A DNA stretch of 42,783 nt, taken from NCBI GenBank assembly GCA_964470485.1, contig CAYYCT010000002.1, positions 1-42,783 of the forward strand, read 5' to 3'. Of this stretch, positions 26,635 to 35,062 are shown in pieces; the first letter of the stretch is position 1, and the number at the start of each line of letters is the position of its first letter. A model generated the notes under the pieces. That model ran no database searches and was not told where the DNA came from. It saw only the letters and a program-made list of their open reading frames with translations. Source of the stretch: an uncultured Candidatus Saccharibacteria bacterium (GTDB lineage Bacteria > Patescibacteriota > Minisyncoccia > Phycocordibacterales > UBA5272). The position numbers were made by a program, and so were the translations under genes.

Positions 26635-26921
26635 GCAGGTACCCTTGCCTAACGGTAGCCACGACTACACTCCGGACTTACTGGGTTACCTTGATTCTAG
26701 CATAACGATTCGACCCGTCTTAGATATCTTCTTCATGCGAATGCGGAGGCGACGTTTGTGCTTTGCGTGGATTTTGTTAGCCGTCAGTAACTTATTGGCT
26801 AGTAAAAGTATATCATTTTTGGGTTTTCTGGAAAAGACGGGATACAGTTATTTACCATGGGTGTGTATTACGTAAGCAAGAACTCTAACGCCTATTGTTC
26901 TCCTCTGATATACTATAAGGT
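26635..26921. other. unassigned ~290-nt intergenic segment with elevated GC; possible 5' leader or small RNA
   Basis: No credible ORF. Its first ~170 nt (about 26635-26805) are roughly 45-48% GC by eye. There is a stem GGUAGCC (26654-26660) / GGUUACC (26684-26690) and a long-range complement CCCGUCUU (26714-26721) / AAGACGGG (26834-26841). Confidence 0.3.
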
Positions 26922-27866
26922 ATGCTCAAAGTTTCTAATAGTCTTCCAGATATTGCAGTACTTCGTGGAGGAAATAAAGACTTCAAACAATCCCTTTTGG
27001 AGGGATCTGAAGTACTTGCTTCTCTTACTAAAATTGGCTATGAACCACTTGATGTTCTTATTGAAAAAGACGGTAGTTGGACATTAAGAGGTTTTCCAAC
27101 TGATGCACATTCTGTCTATACAAAAGCCCATACCATTGTTGATACAACAAGAATGAAAGGACAGGACTATCAGGTGCTTGCAAAGAAGATGAAGATACCC
27201 ATTATTTTTTCACTAGAAGAAGAACTTAATCTTAGCCGCGAAGATTTGTATAGAATCCTTCGCCAACAAGGGATTAAGGTTCCAGAAACAATAGTAGTAC
27301 GATCATCTGCCCCACTTGATGATAAAATTTTTCGAGATGTTTGGCTTCGTTTTCATACACCACTTTTAATACGGCCAATTCATCAGCATGACAATGCTTC
27401 CTCTAAAGTAATAAAAATGTTTCATGATTTTGAAAAAACTATTCGTGAATACCACGAGAAGGGGGTTGACACCCATGTGCTTACATATAGAAAATACCCT
27501 ACAACGTCAATCGCTGTACTTCCTAATTTTCGTCAAGAAGAAGCATATACCCCACTATGGGTTGATTCATTTACCGAAGATCACGGGCTCCCTAATAAAA
27601 ACTCAAGAATAAGCCCACACTTACAAGCTCCAGATTTTAGACGAGAAAACATGAAATCTCTCGCAACGAAAGTATATAGAGCTCTAGGACTTACTACACC
27701 AGCATGTATTGACTTCATTTATCATAATAATGAATATATCGTTGTTAATGTAGATTTTAACCCATCATTACGAAAAGATGGACGCTTTATGCAATCCCTT
27801 GCTACAACTGGTATAGATGCTGGGCACTATATTCATGAGTGTATTAAAAATGACGCGAAAAGATAA
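26922..27866 (+). CDS. D-alanine--D-alanine ligase-like ATP-grasp protein (divergent)
   Basis: The N-terminus (IAVLRGGNKDF ... SEVLASLTKIGYEPLDV) resembles the Ddl N-domain. The C-terminus (CIDFIY ... EYIVVNVDFNPS) aligns to the Ddl Mg-site region but with substitutions. Confidence 0.55.
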   Translation: MLKVSNSLPDIAVLRGGNKDFKQSLLEGSEVLASLTKIGYEPLDVLIEKDGSWTLRGFPTDAHSVYTKAHTIVDTTRMKGQDYQVLAKKMKIPIIFSLEEELNLSREDLYRILRQQGIKVPETIVVRSSAPLDDKIFRDVWLRFHTPLLIRPIHQHDNASSKVIKMFHDFEKTIREYHEKGVDTHVLTYRKYPTTSIAVLPNFRQEEAYTPLWVDSFTEDHGLPNKNSRISPHLQAPDFRRENMKSLATKVYRALGLTTPACIDFIYHNNEYIVVNVDFNPSLRKDGRFMQSLATTGIDAGHYIHECIKNDAKR

Positions 27867-27955
27867 AACACTTCTCTCTCTTATTTTAGGACTCCCAGGC
27901 GTTCTGATTATAGTGTATTTTCTTTTTAGGTAACAGCCAGCAAATCTCTATAAAA

Positions 27956-27993
27956 GAGAAAACCGCCCCTCTGGTAAGTATGGCGGTTTTCTC
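27956..27993. terminator. bidirectional intrinsic terminator between convergent genes
   Basis: GAGAAAACCGCC ... GGCGGUUUUCUC forms a 12-bp stem flanked by A-runs on the left and U-runs on the right. Confidence 0.75.
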
Positions 27994-28057
27994 TTTGTTC
28001 TTTATTACAAGTTCTTGCAATTAAGAGACGTCTTTGTTTGATGCGTATGGTTGCTTC

Positions 28058-28366
28058 TTAAGCTTTAGGCAGAACAACTTTTTTGGGAGCTGTCTTTACT
28101 GTTGCTTGAGACGCTACCGTTTTGTTGGCAACTTTTTTATTGGGTTGCTTACCAGTTGTTTTTGAAGCCGCATCTGCTTTTTTATCGGCATCGACAAGAA
28201 GTGCCTTTGATACCCATTCTGACAATTTCTTTGCTTGTGCTAATGCTTGCGCCTTTTTATCAAATTTCTCTGATGAGGCGATGAGCTTGCCGTCGCGAGA
28301 AAGAAGTCTATATGCATACCGGCCTTTCTTATCCTGATAGACTTCAAGGATTGTCGTCTTTGACAT
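28058..28366 (-). CDS. YegP/DUF1508-like domain protein with a Lys/Ala-rich basic tail
   Basis: EVYQDKKGRYAYRLLSRDGKLIASSEKFDKKAQA matches the DUF1508 pattern. The tail is KKADAASKTTGKQPNKKVANK ... APKKVVLPKA. ATG 28366 is verified. Confidence 0.65.
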   Translation of the reverse strand: MSKTTILEVYQDKKGRYAYRLLSRDGKLIASSEKFDKKAQALAQAKKLSEWVSKALLVDADKKADAASKTTGKQPNKKVANKTVASQATVKTAPKKVVLPKA

Positions 28367-28467
28367 TCTTTTTCTATACTTAAATTGCTGATAATGAAAC
28401 AACTGCCTATAAGTAAGTCTAGCAATACTTGGTGGTATACTCAAGTAATAAAGTGAAAGTTATTCAC

Positions 28468-29298
28468 ATGTTGAAACACAGGACCGCTAGAAAAAACTCT
28501 TCATCAGAGGAAGATATCAAAGATCGGTGTGTTAATGATGTACTTTTTTATTATAACCAGCATGGTAGACACAGTCTGCCATGGAGGAAAAAAATTAATC
28601 CGTACCGTATTATTGTTAGTGAGATAATGCTTCAACAAACACAAGTATCTCGTGTTATTTCAAAATTTGAAATATGGATAAAAAAATATCCAACACTAGC
28701 ATCATTAAGAAATAGCTCTTTGAGAGAAGTGCTTATCCTTTGGCAGGGTCTTGGTTATCAGAGGCGAGCAAAAGCACTTCTCTCTATCGCAAAAGAAAAC
28801 GAAAAACTTCCTAAACATTTTGAAGATCTTATAAAACTTCCTGGTGTAGGCATCTATACTGCATCTGCTGTGTGTGCTTTTGCATACAATCAATTTTCTC
28901 ACCCTGTACTTGAGACCAATATTAGAACGGTACTTATAGAGTATTTTCATAACAAAGAAACAAAAGTAGAAGACCATGTTTTATATAATGATCTTTTGTG
29001 GTTAGAGGATGATAGTAATGTTAAAAAACTTGGCGCGCGAAAATGGTACTACGCACTCATGGATTATGGTGCTTTTTTAAAGGGGAAAAATATTTCACAT
29101 AATAAAAAAAGTGCTAGGTATATTGTTCAGTCCCCATATAAAGGATCTTTGCGAGAATTACGCGCGAAGGTTCTTTTTGCTATTATTCACAAGAAATCAT
29201 TACCAAAAAACTCCAAATTACAAGACGTACTTAAGCAACTTGAAAAAGAAAAATATCTTATAAAAAAGAAGTCGGAATATGTATTGCGAGAGATATAA
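28468..29298 (+). CDS. HhH-GPD DNA glycosylase, MutY-like catalytic domain only
   Basis: LPWRKK.NPYRIIVSEIMLQQTQV and the HhH motif LPGVGIYTASAV are present. There are no Fe-S cluster cysteines and no C-terminal Nudix-like domain. ATG 28468 is preferred over TTG 28429. Confidence 0.8.
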   Translation: MLKHRTARKNSSSEEDIKDRCVNDVLFYYNQHGRHSLPWRKKINPYRIIVSEIMLQQTQVSRVISKFEIWIKKYPTLASLRNSSLREVLILWQGLGYQRRAKALLSIAKENEKLPKHFEDLIKLPGVGIYTASAVCAFAYNQFSHPVLETNIRTVLIEYFHNKETKVEDHVLYNDLLWLEDDSNVKKLGARKWYYALMDYGAFLKGKNISHNKKSARYIVQSPYKGSLRELRAKVLFAIIHKKSLPKNSKLQDVLKQLEKEKYLIKKKSEYVLREI

Positions 29299-29302
29299 AA
29301 AA

Positions 29303-29992
29303 TTAATTAATTCCACACTCAGCAAGAAGTAGGGACACTTGCTTTTGGGAAAGAATATGAGTTGTCCCTTGTTTAAGTCCGTGGATAACAAATGACATTA
29401 TACGAACACGTTTAAGTGATACAACAGTAAGATTGAGAGCGTTTAACATACGACGAATCTCGTGCTTTTTTCCTTCAGTAAGAATAATTTTCAATGAGTA
29501 ACCCTCATTGTAAATAGTTACGGCTTTTACAGGAGCATAGGTTGCCTCCTGAGTAGAGATGCCTTTTTTAAGGAGGGTAACAACTCGAGGTGTTGCTTTT
29601 TCACGAATAGTAACATCATATTCTTTTTCTCGAGCATGTCGAGGGCTAAGAAGTGCATCAACAACACGATAATCATTGCTATATAATAATAACCCCTCAC
29701 TTTCCTTATCAAGACGTCCAATAGGTTCACATCCAGGGAGAGATGAGAGTCGCCCAGTCACTTCGCCTCTGGGTTTGTGATAGAGGGCATAAACGAGATC
29801 TTTAGTAATTGTTTTAATGGTGACGGTATCATGAAGAGATACTTTACTTCCAAGAGTTGCTTGTTTACCATTAATCATAATATTACCTTGCTCAATATAG
29901 CTATCAATATTTCGTCGTGAACCAAGACCCTCATCACGAAGGAATACGTTAATACGTTTTGGTTCACGAGTGACTACTTTAATTTCTTTCAT
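29303..29992 (-). CDS. pseudouridine synthase, RsuA/RluB family
   Basis: Has an N-terminal S4 domain (INVFLRDEGLGSRRNIDSYIEQGNIMING) and the catalytic motif GRLDKESEGLLL. Confidence 0.9.
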   Translation of the reverse strand: MKEIKVVTREPKRINVFLRDEGLGSRRNIDSYIEQGNIMINGKQATLGSKVSLHDTVTIKTITKDLVYALYHKPRGEVTGRLSSLPGCEPIGRLDKESEGLLLYSNDYRVVDALLSPRHAREKEYDVTIREKATPRVVTLLKKGISTQEATYAPVKAVTIYNEGYSLKIILTEGKKHEIRRMLNALNLTVVSLKRVRIMSFVIHGLKQGTTHILSQKQVSLLLAECGIN

Positions 29993-30022
29993 GGGTTTTT
30001 GTATATGCTGAAGAGATTTTAT

Positions 30023-31192
30023 TTAGCGGGTGTCACGCATTGGAAGCACATAGGAGATACTCCAGAGTATACAACATCCAAGAATAATAAACATAAGCTG
30101 GGGGCGATTACTTAAAAATGGAGCGACGGCAACCCCAACAGTCCCCACGATAAGGGTGCTTAGCCCATGCATATTAATGAAGAGTGCAGTTAGTGATGGG
30201 TCGTGAGGATCTACTTTTTTAAAGTAGTAACTAAAGGCCATGGTTTCTACAAATGATGCCCCAACACGAGAAACGAGAAGAAGAATAGCCCAGACTCGAA
30301 TATCGGGGGTTGTAATAATAACACAGCAGAAAGTTGTTACAGTTAAGATAAGGAGCCCAATAATGAGCATTTCTTTTTCTCCAAATTTTCTGTCAGCCAA
30401 AAGCCCTAGCTCGTACGGAAGAATAACGAGTGGAAGTAGGGCTATCGGAAGGATAATTGTTAGGTACAAAGTAAGAGGGACACCGATAGCAGAAAGGTAT
30501 AAAGGTGAATAAATAATCATTACAGCATAAAAGGATTGCACGGTAAGTTCAGCAATAATCGCCGCTCTTAAATTTTTATTTCGAAATACTTTTCCTGCAG
30601 CCTCAAAAACATTAACAGAGTGATATGCTGGTTCCTTAATATGGCTGAGGTATTTATGTAGAAAAAAAAGATAGGGGATGAGGATAAGGGCAGTAATGGT
30701 ATATAATATTGAGAATGAAAAATGAGCTAAAAGCATCCCCCCGAAAAGAGGAGAGATAAGTATTCCTAAACTAAGAATTGCAAGAAAAAGCCCTCGTATA
30801 CTACCCGTATTTGTGTGTTTACTGAAACTTTCTATGAATACGTTGAGTGAAATATAGAGAAGTATTTGTAAAACAAAGTGGATAATGAAATAAATAGGGA
30901 GTAGATAACGGTTTTCAGTATTACCAAAAAGAAGAACAATGACTATTTCAAGAATGGTAATGAAAAAAGCGAATTGGTAGGTATGGAATTTCTTAATTGA
31001 TTTTGAGACACTTAACGATATAATGAGGGCAAACATACTCCCAAGAACATAAATTGCGCTCACGATTGATGCACTAAAATACTTATGAAGATATGACGAT
31101 GTAGCATATAGCGGAATTGCATAATGGAGGGCGTATAAAAACGTCATCGCATATGTCACTAAGAGCAATTTATTACGGAGAATAGAATCCAT
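30023..31192 (-). CDS. MFS transporter
   Basis: About 12 hydrophobic helices. The ATG at 31192 is verified; an alternative TTG start at 31225 adds 11 aa. Confidence 0.8.
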   Translation of the reverse strand: MDSILRNKLLLVTYAMTFLYALHYAIPLYATSSYLHKYFSASIVSAIYVLGSMFALIISLSVSKSIKKFHTYQFAFFITILEIVIVLLFGNTENRYLLPIYFIIHFVLQILLYISLNVFIESFSKHTNTGSIRGLFLAILSLGILISPLFGGMLLAHFSFSILYTITALILIPYLFFLHKYLSHIKEPAYHSVNVFEAAGKVFRNKNLRAAIIAELTVQSFYAVMIIYSPLYLSAIGVPLTLYLTIILPIALLPLVILPYELGLLADRKFGEKEMLIIGLLILTVTTFCCVIITTPDIRVWAILLLVSRVGASFVETMAFSYYFKKVDPHDPSLTALFINMHGLSTLIVGTVGVAVAPFLSNRPQLMFIILGCCILWSISYVLPMRDTR

Positions 31193-31270
31193 GATATCAT
31201 CTAGTATATCAGTAATAGTCACCAAGATAGAACATTTTCTGTTAATAGCAGAAAGCTAAAATGTATCAAA

Positions 31271-31648
31271 ATAGCTTCTTTACACACTAATAATTACCGG
31301 TATAATTACAGGTCTTTTAGCGGTCTTTTGTAGTAAAAATTTGGTAGTTGCCTCTGTTATATCTTGTTTCATTTGATCAAGATTTGTATAGCCTCCACGA
31401 GCAAGAGAGTCATCAATCACTTTTTTTGTAAGGAGTCTTGTTTGATAGAGAAGTTCTTGAGATTCTTTAAGGTATACAAAACCACGAGATATAAGATCTG
31501 GAGATTTTTTAAGTGTATGAGTATGACTATCAATAACTCCTATAACAACAAACATTCCATCTTCTGCGAGTGTTTGACGGTCACGCATGACAACATCCTG
31601 AACTTTTCCAACCGAGGTTCCATCAACGACGATCATTTCGCTTGGGGC
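31271..31648. repeat. identical block 1, copy A (378 bp; partner 33153-33530)
   Basis: Base-by-base comparison at a fixed offset of 1882 found no mismatch. The block covers the C-terminal domain codons, the stop codon and 9 nt downstream. Confidence 0.9.
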
Positions 31649-33154
31649 CTTTTCTTTTAGCGAAGTAATTGTTCTTCCTTCGTTACTAATTTCGATTATC
31701 ATTCCGTTGTCCGGAACAACAATTGACTCATCTCCTAATCCTAATTTTCTTTTTAGGTCAGCATGGACTCGGAGCATATAATGATACCCATGTATTGGGA
31801 TGAAAAATTTAGGACCTATCTTTCTATGAATCCAAAGAAGTTCGTCTGCATGAGCATGACCAGATGAATGAACATCTGATGTTTTATATTCAGCAAGATG
31901 CGCATCTTCTCGAGAAATTTTATCTTTAACCCCCTGAAGAGGACGTCTAATTCCTGGTATTGTGGCGGAAGACATCAAGAATGTATCTCGAGGCGATATT
32001 TTTATATACCTATGTGTATTATTTGCAATACGACCAAGTGCGGCAAATTCTTCTCCTTGTTGGCCCGTAGCCAAGATGATTATTTTATTCTCAGGGTAAT
32101 AGGAAAGATCATTATATGTAATGAGAGTATTTGGTTGTATGGTGAGAAGATTAGCGAGCTTTGCAATTTCCGCATTAAATTGCATACTCTTTCCCTCAAG
32201 AAGAACTTTTTTACCGTGACGTTCTGCGGCTTCTAGAATATGTAGCATCCTCTCTACTTGTGTAGCAAAAGTTACAATAATTAATCTCCCTTCCACTTCC
32301 TTAATTATTTTTTCAATATTACTAGCAACCTCCGTATCATGTAAAGAAAGACCGCTATTTTCTGATCCCGTAGAATCCCCCATAAGAAGAAGAACTTTCC
32401 TATTCTCAAATAATTTATAGCGCTCTTCTTCTTCTTGGGTTGGAATACCATCAACGTGCTCTAAACGAAGATCTCCAGTATGAACAATATCTCCGTGAGG
32501 GGTTTCGATGATGATGCCCATCTCACTCGGAGAAGAATCTTTTATACCAAAAAACCTCACCTTTAAATCTCCGAGTGTAAGAGAATCTCCTTTTTCAATT
32601 ACATTGATAGTAAGAGGGGCTAGATGAGGAAATTCTTCTTGACGCTTTTTAATCATGAGTGATGTAAAAAGACGGGAGTAGATCTGAGGGTTGCCAATAC
32701 GTGGCATGATGTAGGGGATAGAGCCAATGTGATCAAGATGTCCATGAGTAACAAGAACCCCCTTTATCTTGTGCTTATGTTCTTCAAGATAACGAGTGTT
32801 AGGAAGAATGAAATCAATCCCAGGAGTATTAGTTTCTGTAAACTGAACACCACAATCAATGATAAGAATAGTATCTTTATATTCAACCATACTCATATTA
32901 CGTCCAATCTCTTCTACTCCACCAAAGTGAATAATACGAATATCCCCGTCTTTAAGTGGTGGGATGTGGTCTGTCTCACGTTTACCGGTAACAGTTGTAT
33001 CGAATTTTGGGCCGACAGATCCTTGAGGTCTTCGATTAGTATAGGAACTATTTCTCGCTCTAAAGTTTTGTGGTTTTCCATGTCCAAGAGAGCTATTGTG
33101 TGGAGTGTTCGATTGAATGTTTGACATATTCTGAGATGTTATTATTTGATTCAT
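31280..33154 (-). CDS. rnj: ribonuclease J, copy A
   Basis: Contains the metallo-beta-lactamase motif THGHLDH, a beta-CASP region and the RNase J C-terminal domain. ATG 33154 (MNQII...) is preferred over the GTG at 33169, which overlaps copy B. Confidence 0.9.
   Translation of the reverse strand: MNQIITSQNMSNIQSNTPHNSSLGHGKPQNFRARNSSYTNRRPQGSVGPKFDTTVTGKRETDHIPPLKDGDIRIIHFGGVEEIGRNMSMVEYKDTILIIDCGVQFTETNTPGIDFILPNTRYLEEHKHKIKGVLVTHGHLDHIGSIPYIMPRIGNPQIYSRLFTSLMIKKRQEEFPHLAPLTINVIEKGDSLTLGDLKVRFFGIKDSSPSEMGIIIETPHGDIVHTGDLRLEHVDGIPTQEEEERYKLFENRKVLLLMGDSTGSENSGLSLHDTEVASNIEKIIKEVEGRLIIVTFATQVERMLHILEAAERHGKKVLLEGKSMQFNAEIAKLANLLTIQPNTLITYNDLSYYPENKIIILATGQQGEEFAALGRIANNTHRYIKISPRDTFLMSSATIPGIRRPLQGVKDKISREDAHLAEYKTSDVHSSGHAHADELLWIHRKIGPKFFIPIHGYHYMLRVHADLKRKLGLGDESIVVPDNGMIIEISNEGRTITSLKEKAPSEMIVVDGTSVGKVQDVVMRDRQTLAEDGMFVVIGVIDSHTHTLKKSPDLISRGFVYLKESQELLYQTRLLTKKVIDDSLARGGYTNLDQMKQDITEATTKFLLQKTAKRPVIIPVIISV
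32370..33016. repeat. identical block 2, copy A (647 bp; partner 34252-34898)
   Basis: Block ends located base by base at the same 1882-nt offset; interior identity rests on the identical translated protein over this stretch (and identical antisense track ORFs). It covers the N-terminal MBL domain codons. Confidence 0.9.
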
Positions 33155-33530
33155 AGCTTCTTTACACACTAATAATTACCGGTATAATTACAGGTCTTTT
33201 AGCGGTCTTTTGTAGTAAAAATTTGGTAGTTGCCTCTGTTATATCTTGTTTCATTTGATCAAGATTTGTATAGCCTCCACGAGCAAGAGAGTCATCAATC
33301 ACTTTTTTTGTAAGGAGTCTTGTTTGATAGAGAAGTTCTTGAGATTCTTTAAGGTATACAAAACCACGAGATATAAGATCTGGAGATTTTTTAAGTGTAT
33401 GAGTATGACTATCAATAACTCCTATAACAACAAACATTCCATCTTCTGCGAGTGTTTGACGGTCACGCATGACAACATCCTGAACTTTTCCAACCGAGGT
33501 TCCATCAACGACGATCATTTCGCTTGGGGC
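33153..33530. repeat. identical block 1, copy B
   Basis: Partner of 31271-31648. Confidence 0.9.
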
Positions 33531-35045
33531 ACGCTCCTTTAAGTTTGTAATTCGGTTTCCGCTATCTGTGATTTCAATTATCATTCCATTGTCTGGGATC
33601 ATAATGTGATCTTTTGGAGTCCCAAGTTTACGTTCAAGTTCGCCGTGAATTCTAAGCATGTAATGGTAACCATGAACGGGGATAAAAAATTTCGGGTGAA
33701 TTTTTTTATGAATCCAAAGAAGTTCGTCTGCATTAGCATGACCAGAAGAGTGAACATCAGAAGTTCGGTAGTGTATAAGATGTGCCCCTTGCCTAGAAAG
33801 TTTATCTTTTAGGTTTTGTACAGCATTATCATTTCCAGGAACAACCGATGATGACATAAGAATGGTGTCTCGTGGAGTAAGACGGATAAATTTATGTGTT
33901 TTATTTGCAATACGACCAAGTGCGGCAAATTCTTCTCCTTGTTGGCCCGTAGCCAAGATGATTATTTTATTCTCAGGGTAATGATTCATTTCTTCTAAGC
34001 TTATAAGGGTTTCTGGGCGAATTTTAAGCATATTAGCAAGCTTAGTTATCTCAACATTTGTTTTCATGCTTCTTCCTTCTATCACAACTTTTTTACCGTA
34101 ACGCTCAGCTGTTTCAAGCATAAAAAGCATTCTTTCTACCTGAGAGGCAAACGTGCTTATAATAAGTCTTCCTGATGTTTCGCGTATAATGGTTTCAATG
34201 TTTTTGTATACAATACTATCAGAAATTGAAAAACCAGGATTGTCGCAATTAGTAGAATCCCCCATAAGAAGAAGAACTTTCCTATTCTCAAATAATTTAT
34301 AGCGCTCTTCTTCTTCTTGGGTTGGAATACCATCAACGTGCTCTAAACGAAGATCTCCAGTATGAACAATATCTCCGTGAGGGGTTTCGATGATGATGCC
34401 CATCTCACTCGGAGAAGAATCTTTTATACCAAAAAACCTCACCTTTAAATCTCCGAGTGTAAGAGAATCTCCTTTTTCAATTACATTGATAGTAAGAGGG
34501 GCTAGATGAGGAAATTCTTCTTGACGCTTTTTAATCATGAGTGATGTAAAAAGACGGGAGTAGATCTGAGGGTTGCCAATACGTGGCATGATGTAGGGGA
34601 TAGAGCCAATGTGATCAAGATGTCCATGAGTAACAAGAACCCCCTTTATCTTGTGCTTATGTTCTTCAAGATAACGAGTGTTAGGAAGAATGAAATCAAT
34701 CCCAGGAGTATTAGTTTCTGTAAACTGAACACCACAATCAATGATAAGAATAGTATCTTTATATTCAACCATACTCATATTACGTCCAATCTCTTCTACT
34801 CCACCAAAGTGAATAATACGAATATCCCCGTCTTTAAGTGGTGGGATGTGGTCTGTCTCACGTTTACCGGTAACAGTTGTATCGAATTTTGGGCCGACCA
34901 TCGACCGAGGTGGACGAGTATTTCTTGCTCTTGAGGGGGTGTTTTTAGATCCGTAAGATTTGCTATGTGATGGTGGGGTAGATGGAGCAGGTTGAGAACT
35001 ACTGGTATCGGGAAGCTTTTGAATTATATTTGGCGAAGTATTCAT
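33162..35045 (-). CDS. rnj: ribonuclease J, copy B
   Basis: Same architecture as copy A, with a diverged central third and a different N-terminal tail. Confidence 0.9.
   Translation of the reverse strand: MNTSPNIIQKLPDTSSSQPAPSTPPSHSKSYGSKNTPSRARNTRPPRSMVGPKFDTTVTGKRETDHIPPLKDGDIRIIHFGGVEEIGRNMSMVEYKDTILIIDCGVQFTETNTPGIDFILPNTRYLEEHKHKIKGVLVTHGHLDHIGSIPYIMPRIGNPQIYSRLFTSLMIKKRQEEFPHLAPLTINVIEKGDSLTLGDLKVRFFGIKDSSPSEMGIIIETPHGDIVHTGDLRLEHVDGIPTQEEEERYKLFENRKVLLLMGDSTNCDNPGFSISDSIVYKNIETIIRETSGRLIISTFASQVERMLFMLETAERYGKKVVIEGRSMKTNVEITKLANMLKIRPETLISLEEMNHYPENKIIILATGQQGEEFAALGRIANKTHKFIRLTPRDTILMSSSVVPGNDNAVQNLKDKLSRQGAHLIHYRTSDVHSSGHANADELLWIHKKIHPKFFIPVHGYHYMLRIHGELERKLGTPKDHIMIPDNGMIIEITDSGNRITNLKERAPSEMIVVDGTSVGKVQDVVMRDRQTLAEDGMFVVIGVIDSHTHTLKKSPDLISRGFVYLKESQELLYQTRLLTKKVIDDSLARGGYTNLDQMKQDITEATTKFLLQKTAKRPVIIPVIISV
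34252..34898. repeat. identical block 2, copy B
   Basis: Partner of 32370-33016. Confidence 0.9.
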
Positions 35046-35062
35046 AGGTGGTAATTATTTTT

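Noticed and set aside
26633-27087. Track ORFs 26633-26875 and 26857-27087 as coding genes.
   Set aside because: They use non-ATG or poor starts and have no Shine-Dalgarno sequence or recognisable motif. The second overlaps the better-supported Ddl-like frame, and the first lies in the GC-elevated spacer treated as a possible RNA or leader.
31364-34934. Duplicated plus-strand ORFs antisense to the RNase J genes (31364-31660 = 33246-33542; 32729-33124 ~ 34611-34934).
   Set aside because: They are identical only because they sit in the identical duplication blocks. Their sequences are low-complexity antisense translations, and the minus-strand RNase J frames explain the region.
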